Of a stretch of DNA of 41,251 nt, positions 26,505-38,845 are shown one piece after another. The stretch lies in the NCBI GenBank assembly GCA_002715725.1, contig PAZU01000011.1:32963-74213 (forward strand), read 5' to 3'. The notes below the pieces were generated by a model, which saw only the letters and a program-made list of their open reading frames with translations, was not told where the DNA came from and did not search any database. Numbering within the stretch: position 1 is the first letter of the stretch; each line of letters starts with the position of its first letter. The position numbers and the translations under genes are program-made. Origin of the DNA: Methanobacteriota archaeon (GTDB taxonomy: Archaea > Thermoplasmatota > Poseidoniia > Poseidoniales > Poseidoniaceae).

Positions 26505-29189
26505 TCATTCCTCTTCTTCATCTGAAGATGGTTTCTCAGTGAGTATTTCCTCAGCAAGTTCAGCAGGCATTCTTGCACTAAAAATCAGTTCATCCAAGAA
26601 TGAATCCTTGTCCTTAGATCTGAGCTCCATGACACGAGTACCCTTAGAAGAGCGCCCAGAAGTTACCTTTGTTTGCTCTGCAGAAATTCTGATTACAATG
26701 CCCTTACCAGATAACAGGAATAATTGATCATCCAAATCTGGAACTTGATGCACTCTAGAAATTACATCTCCTTCATTGAGATTCATTGTGATTACACCCT
26801 TGCCTCCACGCTTGGTGACACGGTAACCATCCATCTCTGTCTTTGGATTTCCTTCATCGTCGTATAGTTGCTCACCATCACGAATAGACAAAATCTTCTC
26901 GCCTTTACCAAGGCGTGTTCTCTTACCCATTCCTTGCTTTGAAAGAGTAAGAACGCTTGTTTCAATGTCATTTGTAAGTATCATTCCTGCAAGAGAACCT
27001 TCGCCTTCTAGCCGAATTCCTCTAACTCCACTGGAAACTCTGCCTTGAGTTCGAACACTTGAAAGGTCGAATCGACATGCTCTTCCAAGATTGGAAACCA
27101 TCACAACATTATGCTCATCTGTCCCACTTCTAACAGTTATCAATTCATCATCAGCCGCTAAATTGATCGCTTTCTTACCGTTGCGATTAATCTTGACATA
27201 GTCGGATAAACGGCTCTTCTTGATGACACCTTTCTTTGTAGCGAATGCCAAGAAATGACCTTCTGGTTCCTCGATTAACTCTTTATTCATTGGAATAATT
27301 GACACCACAGTCTCATCATCTTTCAATCCCAAAACATTTCGGATGTGACTACCTCTACTGGTTCGAGAACCTTGCGGAGTTTCCCATGCTTTGAGGCCAT
27401 ACACTCTTCCTTCAATATATGGGACTTCATTTCCATCTTTATCCTTCTTTGTAGCAGCACGATTCGTGAATACAAGTAACCTGTCTTTGCTGAAACAAGT
27501 AATCAAGGTTGTAGGGAAATCTTCGTTCTTGGTTTGAACGCCCTTCATTCCTTTTCCACCTCTATTTTGCATTCTGAATGCTTCAGCAGGTAAATGCCTG
27601 ATGTAATTGTCATTAGTTAGCGTGATAACAATCGCTCTTTCTTCAATCAAATCTTCTCTGTCCATCGATAGTGGCATTGGATCAATGTGAGAACGGCGTT
27701 CATCTCCGTGCTTCTCAACTACTTCATCCAGTTCTGAAAGTAAGATGCCTAAACGGCGTGCTTTTGAAGCAATGATATCTTTCAAATCTGTAATCTTAAG
27801 TTGTAAATCGTCATATTCATTCTGAACTTTTTCAACATCTAAACGGCTCAACTGATACAATCTTCGCTCAGCAATAGCCTTGGATTGAGCCTCAGTGAAA
27901 CTAAACGGAGCAACGCCAGGGAATGTTTCATTTCCTTGAAGTACAGATTCAAATTGCTCACGACTTGAACTGCCTTTACCAACTGTGATTACATCATCAA
28001 TGCGGTCTTGCGCCTTGACTAACCCCTCTAAAATATGAGCCCTAGCCTCAGCTTTACCTAAATCGAAATTTGCTCTGCGCTCAATTACTGATTCACGGTG
28101 CTCTACATAGGTGTGTAACATTACGGGCAGTGTCAATAGAACTGGCCTACCGTCAAGGATTCCCATCATATTTGCAGAATATGATTCTTGCAACCTACTC
28201 GATTTGTATAATTGATTTAGTACAGCATGAGGGTCTGCATTGTTCTTTACTTCGATTACAACGCGGATTCCTTCTTTGGAAGATTCGTCACGAATATCTC
28301 TGATACCCACTACTGTTCCTTTGGTGACTAAATCTGCAATATGTACCAACATGTCGGCTTTCTTAACCTGGTAAGGAATCTCATGAATTACGATTTTTTT
28401 ACCATTACTATCGTCATGAACATCACACTTTGAACGAACGTGAAATCTACCTTTCCCACTGGTATACATGTCGTATATTCCATCGATGCCATGGATTGAT
28501 GCACCGGTAGGGAAATCAGGGCCTTTCACATGCTCCATGTAACTTTCTATAGATAAATCAGGCATTCCCTGGTTGCCTTCACCCTCTTCTAGAATTGTTT
28601 CGACATGAAGCTTAATTGCGCCGGAAACCTCTGTCAAATTATGAGGTGGAATGCGGGTTGCCATTCCTACCGCTATTCCATCACTACCATTTAGCAACAG
28701 ATTAGGTAACCTCGAAGGTAGAACTGTTGGTTCTTGCTCGGAGTCGTCGAAATTTGGTTGGAAATCTACCGTATCCTTGTCGATATCTTCTAGCATATGC
28801 TTAGCAATTCTATCTAATCTACTCTCTGTATATCGCATAGCAGCAGGCGGGTCACCATCGATTGAACCAAAATTTCCTTGCCCATCTACTAGAGGGTAAC
28901 GCAATGAGAATTCTTGTGCCATCCTCACCATTGTGTCATAGATTGATTGATCTCCGTGAGGGTGATACTTACCCATCACTTCTCCAACTGAACGTGCAGA
29001 TTTGCTGAATTTCTTATCTGCAGTATGGCCTCCTTCGTGCATACCATACAATACTCTACGATGTACAGGCTTCAATCCATCTCTAGCATCTGGAAGAGCT
29101 CTTCCGATAATTACAGACATAGCGTAATTGATGTAAGAATTCTTCATTTCTTCATTCAATGGACGATTTAGCAGATTTGCATTTGACAT
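26505..29189 (-). CDS. gyrA: DNA gyrase subunit A
   Basis: [34 protein letters not shown], catalytic AAMRYTE, GyrA-box QNRGGKG, beta-pinwheel repeats, acidic tail. ATG 29189, or TTG 29231 overlapping gyrB. Confidence 0.97.
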   Translation of the reverse strand: MSNANLLNRPLNEEMKNSYINYAMSVIIGRALPDARDGLKPVHRRVLYGMHEGGHTADKKFSKSARSVGEVMGKYHPHGDQSIYDTMVRMAQEFSLRYPLVDGQGNFGSIDGDPPAAMRYTESRLDRIAKHMLEDIDKDTVDFQPNFDDSEQEPTVLPSRLPNLLLNGSDGIAVGMATRIPPHNLTEVSGAIKLHVETILEEGEGNQGMPDLSIESYMEHVKGPDFPTGASIHGIDGIYDMYTSGKGRFHVRSKCDVHDDSNGKKIVIHEIPYQVKKADMLVHIADLVTKGTVVGIRDIRDESSKEGIRVVIEVKNNADPHAVLNQLYKSSRLQESYSANMMGILDGRPVLLTLPVMLHTYVEHRESVIERRANFDLGKAEARAHILEGLVKAQDRIDDVITVGKGSSSREQFESVLQGNETFPGVAPFSFTEAQSKAIAERRLYQLSRLDVEKVQNEYDDLQLKITDLKDIIASKARRLGILLSELDEVVEKHGDERRSHIDPMPLSMDREDLIEERAIVITLTNDNYIRHLPAEAFRMQNRGGKGMKGVQTKNEDFPTTLITCFSKDRLLVFTNRAATKKDKDGNEVPYIEGRVYGLKAWETPQGSRTSRGSHIRNVLGLKDDETVVSIIPMNKELIEEPEGHFLAFATKKGVIKKSRLSDYVKINRNGKKAINLAADDELITVRSGTDEHNVVMVSNLGRACRFDLSSVRTQGRVSSGVRGIRLEGEGSLAGMILTNDIETSVLTLSKQGMGKRTRLGKGEKILSIRDGEQLYDDEGNPKTEMDGYRVTKRGGKGVITMNLNEGDVISRVHQVPDLDDQLFLLSGKGIVIRISAEQTKVTSGRSSKGTRVMELRSKDKDSFLDELIFSARMPAELAEEILTEKPSSDEEEE

Positions 29190-29220
29190 TTCTGCATCCT
29201 CTTCTTTATCTTCAATCTCA

Positions 29221-31191
<1,971 letters not shown>

Positions 31192-31202
31192 TTATGAGTT
31201 AG

Positions 31203-31290
31203 AAAAAGTCTTCGTAAATTACCATTTTTATCACTTAGTTCTAATCGTTTTTTTAGCATAAAAAAATATTCAAAAAAATCGTCAGAATTT
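31203..31290. promoter_or_regulatory. Phased A/T-tract region in the gyrB-aroD divergent promoter
   Basis: A/T tracts near 31205, 31218, 31227, 31251 (T7), 31263 (A7), 31275 (A7) and 31288. Confidence 0.4.
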
Positions 31291-31502
31291 CGCTTCAGTC
31301 AGGCGATTTACGCTGAGTCCTCTCTACCCAAATATAAGGGTGCCAAAGGGGGTATATGAACATACTCAACACCCAGCCTTGAAAGTGAAGATTTGAAGAA
31401 AGAAAAAAACTCCGAATAATGTCAAAATTAAGCAAAATTGCAATTCTTCTAACAACATAAATAATCGCAACCGTTAATGAACAAGGGAAAGTCGCCGACA
31501 GC

Positions 31503-32297
31503 ATGGCTGACCCAAAAGTATGCGTTGCTCTCGACGGCACAACTGTCGAAGAAATGACTGACGAAGCTGCACGCGCGAACTTAGCCGGCGCCGACATGGT
31601 CGAAGTTAGATTTGATAGACTGTACCTAGTCAAGCCCGACCCTACTATTTCTGACGAAGAAGAAGGCGAGAAACCAGTATTGCCTCCTGAGAATGATTGG
31701 GAGACTGTTGACATGTCCGAAGTTGATGTTGATGCATCGATTGCTGCTCTAAAGGAAGGTCTTCCTTTGCCGGTAGTTTTCACCGCAAGACCCGTCTCAG
31801 AAGGTGGATTCTTCCCAGGAGTAGAATCTGAGAGAATCGAAATACTTCAGAAAGCAATCGATTCCAAGGTATCTTGGATTGACCTAGAATTATCCATAGA
31901 GGATTCGACTAGAAAGTCCCTTCAAGACTCAGCAAATGCCAACGGATGCCAAATTATTGCATCATCTCACGACATCAATGGAACCCCAGACGCAGAATCA
32001 ATTGTTGCACTAGTCCGAGATAATCAAGGAGCAGGAGATATTGTCAAATTCTGCGGTACTGCAAACAATCACGGTGATGCACTGCAAATCGTTGAAGCGG
32101 CTACTGAACTGACCGGAGAAGGTCTGAGCCATAGCCTAATGTCAGTAAACAGTGGAGGAGATTGGGCTAGAATTCATGCTCCAATGCTGGATCAAAGCCT
32201 AGTTTATGCAACCATGAAAAATGAATTCAGAATCTCAGATAAAGGCCTAGTAAATGTTCGCGACCTAAGAGATGCCTGGTCTCTACTAGAATACTAA
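31503..32297 (+). CDS. aroD: Type I 3-dehydroquinate dehydratase
   Basis: VEVRFD, FTAR...EGG, WIDLEL, catalytic His (SSHD), Schiff-base Lys (DIVKF), ARI. Confidence 0.88.
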   Translation: MADPKVCVALDGTTVEEMTDEAARANLAGADMVEVRFDRLYLVKPDPTISDEEEGEKPVLPPENDWETVDMSEVDVDASIAALKEGLPLPVVFTARPVSEGGFFPGVESERIEILQKAIDSKVSWIDLELSIEDSTRKSLQDSANANGCQIIASSHDINGTPDAESIVALVRDNQGAGDIVKFCGTANNHGDALQIVEAATELTGEGLSHSLMSVNSGGDWARIHAPMLDQSLVYATMKNEFRISDKGLVNVRDLRDAWSLLEY

Positions 32298-33286
32298 TCT
32301 GGCTGTTTTTGCTCAAGAGAAGGAACCATGCCTTTCTGTAATTGTTGATTCTCATTAGTTAGACTCAACCCCGAATTCATGTAACGCTTGTTCATGACGA
32401 TTGGGACTACTAAAATGCCCATCATTAAACCACAGCACACTAATGAAACTGTCCAATTAGGTAGGACTGTCGACCTTGGTTCTGAAACAACCGAAACATA
32501 GGCTACAATCTCTGTTTCTGGATTTGCATCATAGCGGTGTGAATTGTTTGTATTGTCGACTACGATGTTGAAATACTGGTTTGTTTCATCGCCAAACAAA
32601 CCACTACTAACCTCTGGACCATCTAAGGATACAGAAAATGAAACCTCTTTGATATCTTCATATTGATGTGAATCTCTGAATGAATGCCAACCGACAACAG
32701 TAAAACTTCGCCATTCTGGAGGAACGTCGCTAGTTGGATCATCATCGTCCCTATGCTCTTTCAGCCCCCATGCGCCATGCGCTACATCGTAAGCTTGGGT
32801 ATAACGGTCATACTGTGAAGTAGTCATCAAGTAGACATCTGCAGATGGGTCAAACGAATTGTTTCCTGTCTCTATTGTGACACAAATCGTTGTACGTCTT
32901 TCGTGATCAAGATTAACACGCAGAGTCCCCACTGCGTCATTTCCAATCGCCATCATGGTTGTGAAATCTTCTCGTAACAATCTCAAATCATGATTCGGCT
33001 CCCAGGTCATCCAATCTTCCTCGGGCCCATCATAATCCTCCATCACTTCTGCTTGACCCTGATCTTGCCCTCTGCGGTTGCCTCTTTCTTCAAACTCGAA
33101 ATCGTAATCGTAGACATTAGGAACCTTAGCTAGTCTTTCCACAGTCTGATTCCAACTAGGAGTTACAAATTTTCCGTTGTCGCAATTTGATTCAGCAGAA
33201 ACAGTCCCAACTGAAGGTAATGCCGAAGGCGCGACCATCGGAAGAAAGAAAATTGTTAGAACAATAAGATTCAGCCTCAGGCCCAT
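32294..33286 (-). CDS. Hypothetical exported protein with C-terminal membrane anchor
   Basis: N-terminal signal peptide, acidic beta-rich body, C-terminal TM (WTVSLVCCGLMMGILVVPIV). Confidence 0.75.
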   Translation of the reverse strand: MGLRLNLIVLTIFFLPMVAPSALPSVGTVSAESNCDNGKFVTPSWNQTVERLAKVPNVYDYDFEFEERGNRRGQDQGQAEVMEDYDGPEEDWMTWEPNHDLRLLREDFTTMMAIGNDAVGTLRVNLDHERRTTICVTIETGNNSFDPSADVYLMTTSQYDRYTQAYDVAHGAWGLKEHRDDDDPTSDVPPEWRSFTVVGWHSFRDSHQYEDIKEVSFSVSLDGPEVSSGLFGDETNQYFNIVVDNTNNSHRYDANPETEIVAYVSVVSEPRSTVLPNWTVSLVCCGLMMGILVVPIVMNKRYMNSGLSLTNENQQLQKGMVPSLEQKQPD

Positions 33287-33290
33287 TTGA

Positions 33291-33309
33291 CACCCCCCTA
33301 TGGGGGGTG
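33291..33309. repeat. Perfect inverted repeat CACCCCCC-TAT-GGGGGGTG over the RBS of the 33286 gene
   Basis: 8-bp stem with 3-nt loop, ending 4 nt before the ATG on the minus strand. Confidence 0.6.
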
Positions 33310-33341
33310 ATACACTCCTAGGGGGTTAATCGGTTTTCCCT

Positions 33342-36300
33342 TCAACGTCTTCGGCGAAGAGGCCTTACATAGCCAGAAGCGCCACTTCGACGTTCATCTT
33401 TCGAAAGTATACCTGGTGCAGGAGGAGGATTATGTTGATCCATACCCAATACACCGCCATATGACTGCACTTCATCGACATCATATGTCGCAGCAGCTTG
33501 CTCTGCTTCTTCTTCAATCTCGGTTGGACTTCGCATAACAGCCCATCCAAGAATTAGAACAGCAACGATTAGAGCGAGAACCAAGAATGATTCACCACTA
33601 GCATCAACCAACCATTCTTGCCAATCTTGAAGTGAGAAATCCGACAAACTTGGGTCAGCTACTTTTTCAGCCAAAATTGTGACTTCTGTTTCTTTGTAAA
33701 TGCATACACCCATACCATCGCAAACTGAAACTTTGACTGTCTTAATTCCAACATCATCCCAACTAGCAGCGACTCTAATTCCATCTGCTCCGGAAGGGGT
33801 AATCCAGTCGTCTGTTGCATCACCATTTCCATCTGAATCGAAATCTAGGTCGCTTTCCCATAAGACAACGATGTTAGAGGAGATTCTTTCGTCCCTATCA
33901 GTATGCAATCCATCATTTACATCCAAATCTCGCCAAACGACGTACTCTGAGAGGTCTTCAGCATCCGAAATGTTAGCATCTAGAACCACAGACTCTCCGA
34001 CATAAATCGTTTCAGTAATATCAAATTCACCAATCACTGGGATTTCATTTACAACGATGTTGAATGTAGCTCTAGTGACGTCTCCTGTAAGATAAGAATC
34101 TCTGACCGTTAGTGATACTTTGTAGGTCCCAGGTCTATCGAATGCATGCCAAGGCATCGGCTCATGAGAAATCGGAGTTGCATCTCCGAAATCCCAAGAA
34201 TACTCAACGATTCCATTCCAATCCGAATGATTCGATTCTAATGGGACAAATCTACCCTCGTAGGCCCTATCACCGTCTCTGGTGCCTATGGAATCAAAAT
34301 ACAGCATTTGCCCAGGAGTGGTGACTACATTTCCATCGTCATCGAATGTATGTGAATAATCGAATGATGCGCCTTCAGCGATTGGTGTTGTAGTAGTCAC
34401 CAAATCTCCATTATACCAAACGTCAAAGATTTTAACAGAAACTATTGGCTTAGGATTTTGAATTCTTATTGTCAAAGTCCTAGCCTCACTTTCCATTCCA
34501 TTTTCATCTATCACAATCAATGTGACTGAATGTTCGCCGGGTGTTGAGAAATTGTGAATAACTAGAGAATCGTTAGATGTAGTGCCATCTGAAAAGGTCC
34601 ACATGAATTCAAGATCGCTAGAATCTCCTACTTGCCCATCAGGGTCGTAACTTGTTCGTCCATTGAAGGTGTAAGGAACATCAACTTGACCGTCCTGAAC
34701 TCTGAAATCAATTATCGGACTACCTGCTGAACCCGAATCTCTCACATCAAATTGTGCAACCGGTAATTGATTTAGAACTTGAACCATGACTTGGGCGATA
34801 GATTGTGCTCCATCATCATCAGTGACTGTCAGATTAACATATTTGACCCCTGGAGTAGACCATGCCACCATAGGATTTTGTTCAGTCGATAAGAAATCTA
34901 CGAACAAATTGGTTCTATCGACTACGCCACCATCAAGGTTGACGCCTTCTACGAAATCCCAATTCCAACCAACTAATTCTCCATCCACATCATCGAATAT
35001 ATCTGGAAGCATTGTTGCTGTGAAAGTCTCAGTGATGATAGTATCAGAGTAAATCTGTCCTGGAGCCCTGTTGTTAACAATAATATCAATGAAGGATGAA
35101 GCCACATTGACTCCATCACTTACTGTAAGAGTTAGATTGTAAACAGTAACTGCAGTGAGGCCATCTTCCCACAGATGGTACGCTCGAGAAACTCCTTTAC
35201 CACCTTCAATATCACCGTCGCCCCAATCCCAAGTAAACACCAAATGGCTTATTGGAACGTTGTCTGTAGTTCTTTCAGCACTAAACTGAATGATTTGACC
35301 AGTTAGAATAGATAGATTGTCTGTAATTATTTGACCATTTACTGAAATAACTGGATTTGGTAGAGAATCATCAGTCACATTGATTGAAGTTATATCTGAA
35401 TCCGACCAAGTACCTCCCTGATCTAAAATCTTCAAGGAGACATTGTACTGACCAACCTCAAGATATGGTCTAACTGGACTTTTTAGCGAGGAAGTGTTTC
35501 CATCTCCAAAGTCCCATGCATAAGCTACTGGGTCATCCAAATACGGTAATGTATTGTTTGCAAGAGAAAGGCCCCAAGCATCGAATCCGTTTCCAACGAA
35601 TAATACATTATCCCAAGTCTGAACTTCAACTGGTTCTACACTTGAGTTAGCAACAGGCTCCATGTTATCAAGGAACTGAGCGCCAGTTTGGGTTGTGTCA
35701 ATAACATCTCCCAGCATGTCTTTCATAGTAAGGTGGAAAGTATGTACTTCACTAGTTTTGGCAGTGTACCAGAATGTTGTGGGGACATTTACTCCGCCAC
35801 CGGCTTGTACTCTAGTTTCCAATGTGTCCAATACAACTCCTGATGCATTCTTAACTTCCACTAAAACATCTAAATCTTCAAAGAAAGCATTCGAGAGAAC
35901 ATTGAATTCGATTTCTGCTGTATCAATCTTTGAGTCCCCATCTCTATCTGCAAGAACGGTAGAATTCATACTTAGTGAAGCAGGAGAAGTAATTCTAGCC
36001 GCTTCGACATCGATGACTGCTTGTGGATAGGAACTACCACAAGATGTGTAATCACAATCTCCTTGATTTGATGCAAACCAAGTGATTGCCCAAATTTCAT
36101 CGGTAATATTACCAAAGCCAGGAACTAATGCAGTTCCAACCGCACCGTTGAAATTAATATCAGAACGTGTATAAATTCCATCAGCAGAAGCCCTGCTCAT
36201 AATTACACCATCCATTCCAGGAACATCCCCAGTAAATCTCATTGTAAGAGGTGCTGGTGCTGCTGAGCCTGGTGTGAATTTGAATACTTGAACACCCCAC

Positions 36301-37520
36301 CCTTCGACGGAATTGCCTGTCGAAGACCATGGACCTAACCAATTGCTATTGGTGTCTACGGGCTGTATTCTACAGAATTCGCTCGAACCGCATGCGGGAG
36401 TCAAGAAGAGGTTTGACATGCCATATATCCCTTGATCACTGTCTAGTGTAGCAGCAATAGTGAAATTGGTATAGATATCAATGAAATCTCTACCAATCAC
36501 TCCGGGAGTTGCACCTATCGGATTGCGAGCTAAATCTTCGATACCTGCAGCACCTGTTGATGAATCTTGAGCAAGTTTACGAATCGCAGGTCCGCCTCCT
36601 AAGTGGTCTGCTAAGTAAAGAAGGAAGATGAATCCGCCACCGTAATCTGCTGTTCTCTGATTCCACCATCGTACAGAATAATGACTAGCTGTTGTCCATG
36701 CGTTAACGTGTCCATACAATGTAGAAGAACCTCCAAAACAAAGGAATGCTGCCATATCTGCTGCACCTTCATCAATCCACAAATTCTCATATGGATCGAG
36801 TGCATTGTGCATTAAGTGTTGTAATTCGTGAGCTAAGATTACCTTAGACCAGGTGAGAGGTGCGTCATCAATATCGATGAAAATGGCTTCACGAGAAGCA
36901 GACATTCCCGGAGAGAAATATCCTCCGATATTGTATGCACCATCGATTGCATAGATGATTACTTCAATCTGGCAGTTATTATCGACATCAGGAGCGGCAA
37001 TTCCTCTACCATCGAAGTAATCTTTTCCGAAGTATGTCATCAATGTAGGATAGACTGTGCTATCCCAGGTACTTGCCCAGTTGTTCAAAACAGTAGAAGA
37101 AAGAGTTCTTCCGCTTTGAACCATGAATGCTGCGGTTGAGGTGGTTTTCTCAACTGTAACATCAATTGAACCACCAGATGTTGGTACAGTTGCAGTATCA
37201 CCTTCGTTGTATGGAGTACAAGCACGGCCACTAGTCATTGACTGCGGAGATGTTGCAATATCGACTCCCGGCATTCCATGGTCAATCCATGTATTTTTCA
37301 TCATGCGTGTAGCGCTGTATAGGGCTTCATCGCTATCAGGCAGCATGTAAGGATGAGAATCTGAAGGTACAAAATTATCCAAATCTGCGAACACAGGAGT
37401 GAATTCAAATGACTGATTTTCCGAACTTTCTACCGGGTCCGCGGAAGCAAGAGGAGACATGATGGAAACTAGGAAAATAAGGAGTAAAGAGCATGCGCGA
37501 GTAGAGCATCGTTCGGACAT
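33342..37520 (-). CDS. Large membrane-anchored zinc metallopeptidase (M30/hyicolysin-like) with tandem PKD domains
   Basis: Signal peptide, GYF, AHELQH...WIDEGAAD, about 5-6 PKD motifs (YAWDFGDG, FTWDWGDG, WNWDF, FMWTFSDG, YSWDFGD), C-terminal TM. ATG 37520 preceded by GGAGGT. Confidence 0.88.
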   Translation of the reverse strand: MSERCSTRACSLLLIFLVSIMSPLASADPVESSENQSFEFTPVFADLDNFVPSDSHPYMLPDSDEALYSATRMMKNTWIDHGMPGVDIATSPQSMTSGRACTPYNEGDTATVPTSGGSIDVTVEKTTSTAAFMVQSGRTLSSTVLNNWASTWDSTVYPTLMTYFGKDYFDGRGIAAPDVDNNCQIEVIIYAIDGAYNIGGYFSPGMSASREAIFIDIDDAPLTWSKVILAHELQHLMHNALDPYENLWIDEGAADMAAFLCFGGSSTLYGHVNAWTTASHYSVRWWNQRTADYGGGFIFLLYLADHLGGGPAIRKLAQDSSTGAAGIEDLARNPIGATPGVIGRDFIDIYTNFTIAATLDSDQGIYGMSNLFLTPACGSSEFCRIQPVDTNSNWLGPWSSTGNSVEGWGVQVFKFTPGSAAPAPLTMRFTGDVPGMDGVIMSRASADGIYTRSDINFNGAVGTALVPGFGNITDEIWAITWFASNQGDCDYTSCGSSYPQAVIDVEAARITSPASLSMNSTVLADRDGDSKIDTAEIEFNVLSNAFFEDLDVLVEVKNASGVVLDTLETRVQAGGGVNVPTTFWYTAKTSEVHTFHLTMKDMLGDVIDTTQTGAQFLDNMEPVANSSVEPVEVQTWDNVLFVGNGFDAWGLSLANNTLPYLDDPVAYAWDFGDGNTSSLKSPVRPYLEVGQYNVSLKILDQGGTWSDSDITSINVTDDSLPNPVISVNGQIITDNLSILTGQIIQFSAERTTDNVPISHLVFTWDWGDGDIEGGKGVSRAYHLWEDGLTAVTVYNLTLTVSDGVNVASSFIDIIVNNRAPGQIYSDTIITETFTATMLPDIFDDVDGELVGWNWDFVEGVNLDGGVVDRTNLFVDFLSTEQNPMVAWSTPGVKYVNLTVTDDDGAQSIAQVMVQVLNQLPVAQFDVRDSGSAGSPIIDFRVQDGQVDVPYTFNGRTSYDPDGQVGDSSDLEFMWTFSDGTTSNDSLVIHNFSTPGEHSVTLIVIDENGMESEARTLTIRIQNPKPIVSVKIFDVWYNGDLVTTTTPIAEGASFDYSHTFDDDGNVVTTPGQMLYFDSIGTRDGDRAYEGRFVPLESNHSDWNGIVEYSWDFGDATPISHEPMPWHAFDRPGTYKVSLTVRDSYLTGDVTRATFNIVVNEIPVIGEFDITETIYVGESVVLDANISDAEDLSEYVVWRDLDVNDGLHTDRDERISSNIVVLWESDLDFDSDGNGDATDDWITPSGADGIRVAASWDDVGIKTVKVSVCDGMGVCIYKETEVTILAEKVADPSLSDFSLQDWQEWLVDASGESFLVLALIVAVLILGWAVMRSPTEIEEEAEQAAATYDVDEVQSYGGVLGMDQHNPPPAPGILSKDERRSGASGYVRPLRRRR

Positions 37521-37609
37521 TTGTGTGACCTCCATAGAATCGCAGTACTGCATTCCAAATCACCGAGTACAAATGAGGTATTTAATACTCAGCGAGAGTG
37601 GCATCATCA

Positions 37610-38803
37610 ATGCGCAAGGGATTTGTTGCGATTCTGGCGTTTCTGTTCATTATGCCGTCAACGATTTCTGTGACCGGCCAAGATAGTGAAGAAATGCCCC
37701 TAAATTGCTCATTAAATTTCAATGGAGAGTTAGCAAATGAATCAGTTCATTTCCAAACTGATTTAGGACCAAGAATCCCCGGCTCGTTAGCAAGTTCTGC
37801 TCTACGCGATTCGATTAAGAATAATCTCACAGGATGGCACATTACAGAATCAACCCATCATTCAAATGGCATGACACTAACAAATTTGTTCGCAACATGG
37901 AACAAAGGAGCAGGTTCCAATGTCATACTAGCGGCACACTATGATACCCGACACAAAGGTGACCAAGATTGGAACGAAAGCCGCAGGGGTGACCCTATCG
38001 ACGGTGCTAATGATGGTGCTAGCGGAGTCGCTGTTTTGCTTGAAATCGCAAGACTTATTCCGAACTTAAATTTGACACATGAAGTCACTCTATTCTTCAC
38101 AGATGGTGAAGATCAAGGTGATAATCATTCAACATATGTTTTGGGAGCTAAAGCTTGGGCAGAAAATCTATCGCAAGAGGAGGCAGATAGTATAGAATCA
38201 TTCATTCTAGTCGATATGGTCGGAGATTCATATCTGACTCTACGAAAAACCACACCAGGAAATATGGAATTATGGAATCGGACTGAAGACATAATCAGAT
38301 ACATAGATGATGTATGCCAACTAAACGATTCTTCATACTTCGATTTCGAAAGATTTGATGGGATATATGATGACCATGTTCCCGCACATGAATTAGGTAT
38401 ACCTGCGATAGACATCATCGATACTAGATTTGGAGAGAATGCATCTTTCCTTGGAGGGCATTGGCACACTCATAATGATACTGCTGACAAAGTTAGTGCT
38501 GAATCATTGCAGAAGGTAGGATACATCCTAGAATTAGGCCTTATTGATGGCGCATGGCTAGATGTGCGTGAAACGGAAGTTAGCAAAGACTCAGATGGCG
38601 ATGGAATCGCAGATAACGTAGATTCTTGCCCTCAAATTTCTGGAGATGATACATCTGGTTGCCCACAAGAACCTGCAGAAAAAACCACAATTTCTCAAGA
38701 CGGTGATGATATCACAGTAGGAGTACTACTGGTTCTGTGTATTGTATTGGTATGGAGTAATTTCGCCTGGCTAATTTTCGCGGATAATAGAGGGGAGGGG
38801 TGA
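37610..38803 (+). CDS. M28-family peptidase / glutaminyl cyclase-like, membrane anchored
   Basis: Signal peptide, AAHYDTR, GANDGASGVAVLLE, FTDGED, VDMVG, DDHVP, WHT..DT. TSP3-like DSDGDGIADNVDSCP and a C-terminal TM. Confidence 0.9.
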   Translation: MRKGFVAILAFLFIMPSTISVTGQDSEEMPLNCSLNFNGELANESVHFQTDLGPRIPGSLASSALRDSIKNNLTGWHITESTHHSNGMTLTNLFATWNKGAGSNVILAAHYDTRHKGDQDWNESRRGDPIDGANDGASGVAVLLEIARLIPNLNLTHEVTLFFTDGEDQGDNHSTYVLGAKAWAENLSQEEADSIESFILVDMVGDSYLTLRKTTPGNMELWNRTEDIIRYIDDVCQLNDSSYFDFERFDGIYDDHVPAHELGIPAIDIIDTRFGENASFLGGHWHTHNDTADKVSAESLQKVGYILELGLIDGAWLDVRETEVSKDSDGDGIADNVDSCPQISGDDTSGCPQEPAEKTTISQDGDDITVGVLLVLCIVLVWSNFAWLIFADNRGEG

Positions 38804-38845
38804 AATCCGCGCACGGCCTCGGGTGAATTAACCGGAGGTGCTAAT

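Noticed and set aside
26432-26578. 49-aa N-terminal extension of the LeuA-like ORF
   Set aside because: Overlaps the end of gyrA. ATG 26431 has a GGTGA SD and gives the expected N-terminus.
31340-31382. AAAGGGGGT as an ORB G-string, or as SD for a MNILNTQP micro-ORF
   Set aside because: No TCCA...GAAAC ORB core, no repeat copies and no cdc6 nearby. The SD-ATG spacing is too short for the micro-ORF.
31295-31783. 162-aa minus-strand ORF
   Set aside because: Mostly antisense to aroD, with no recognisable features.
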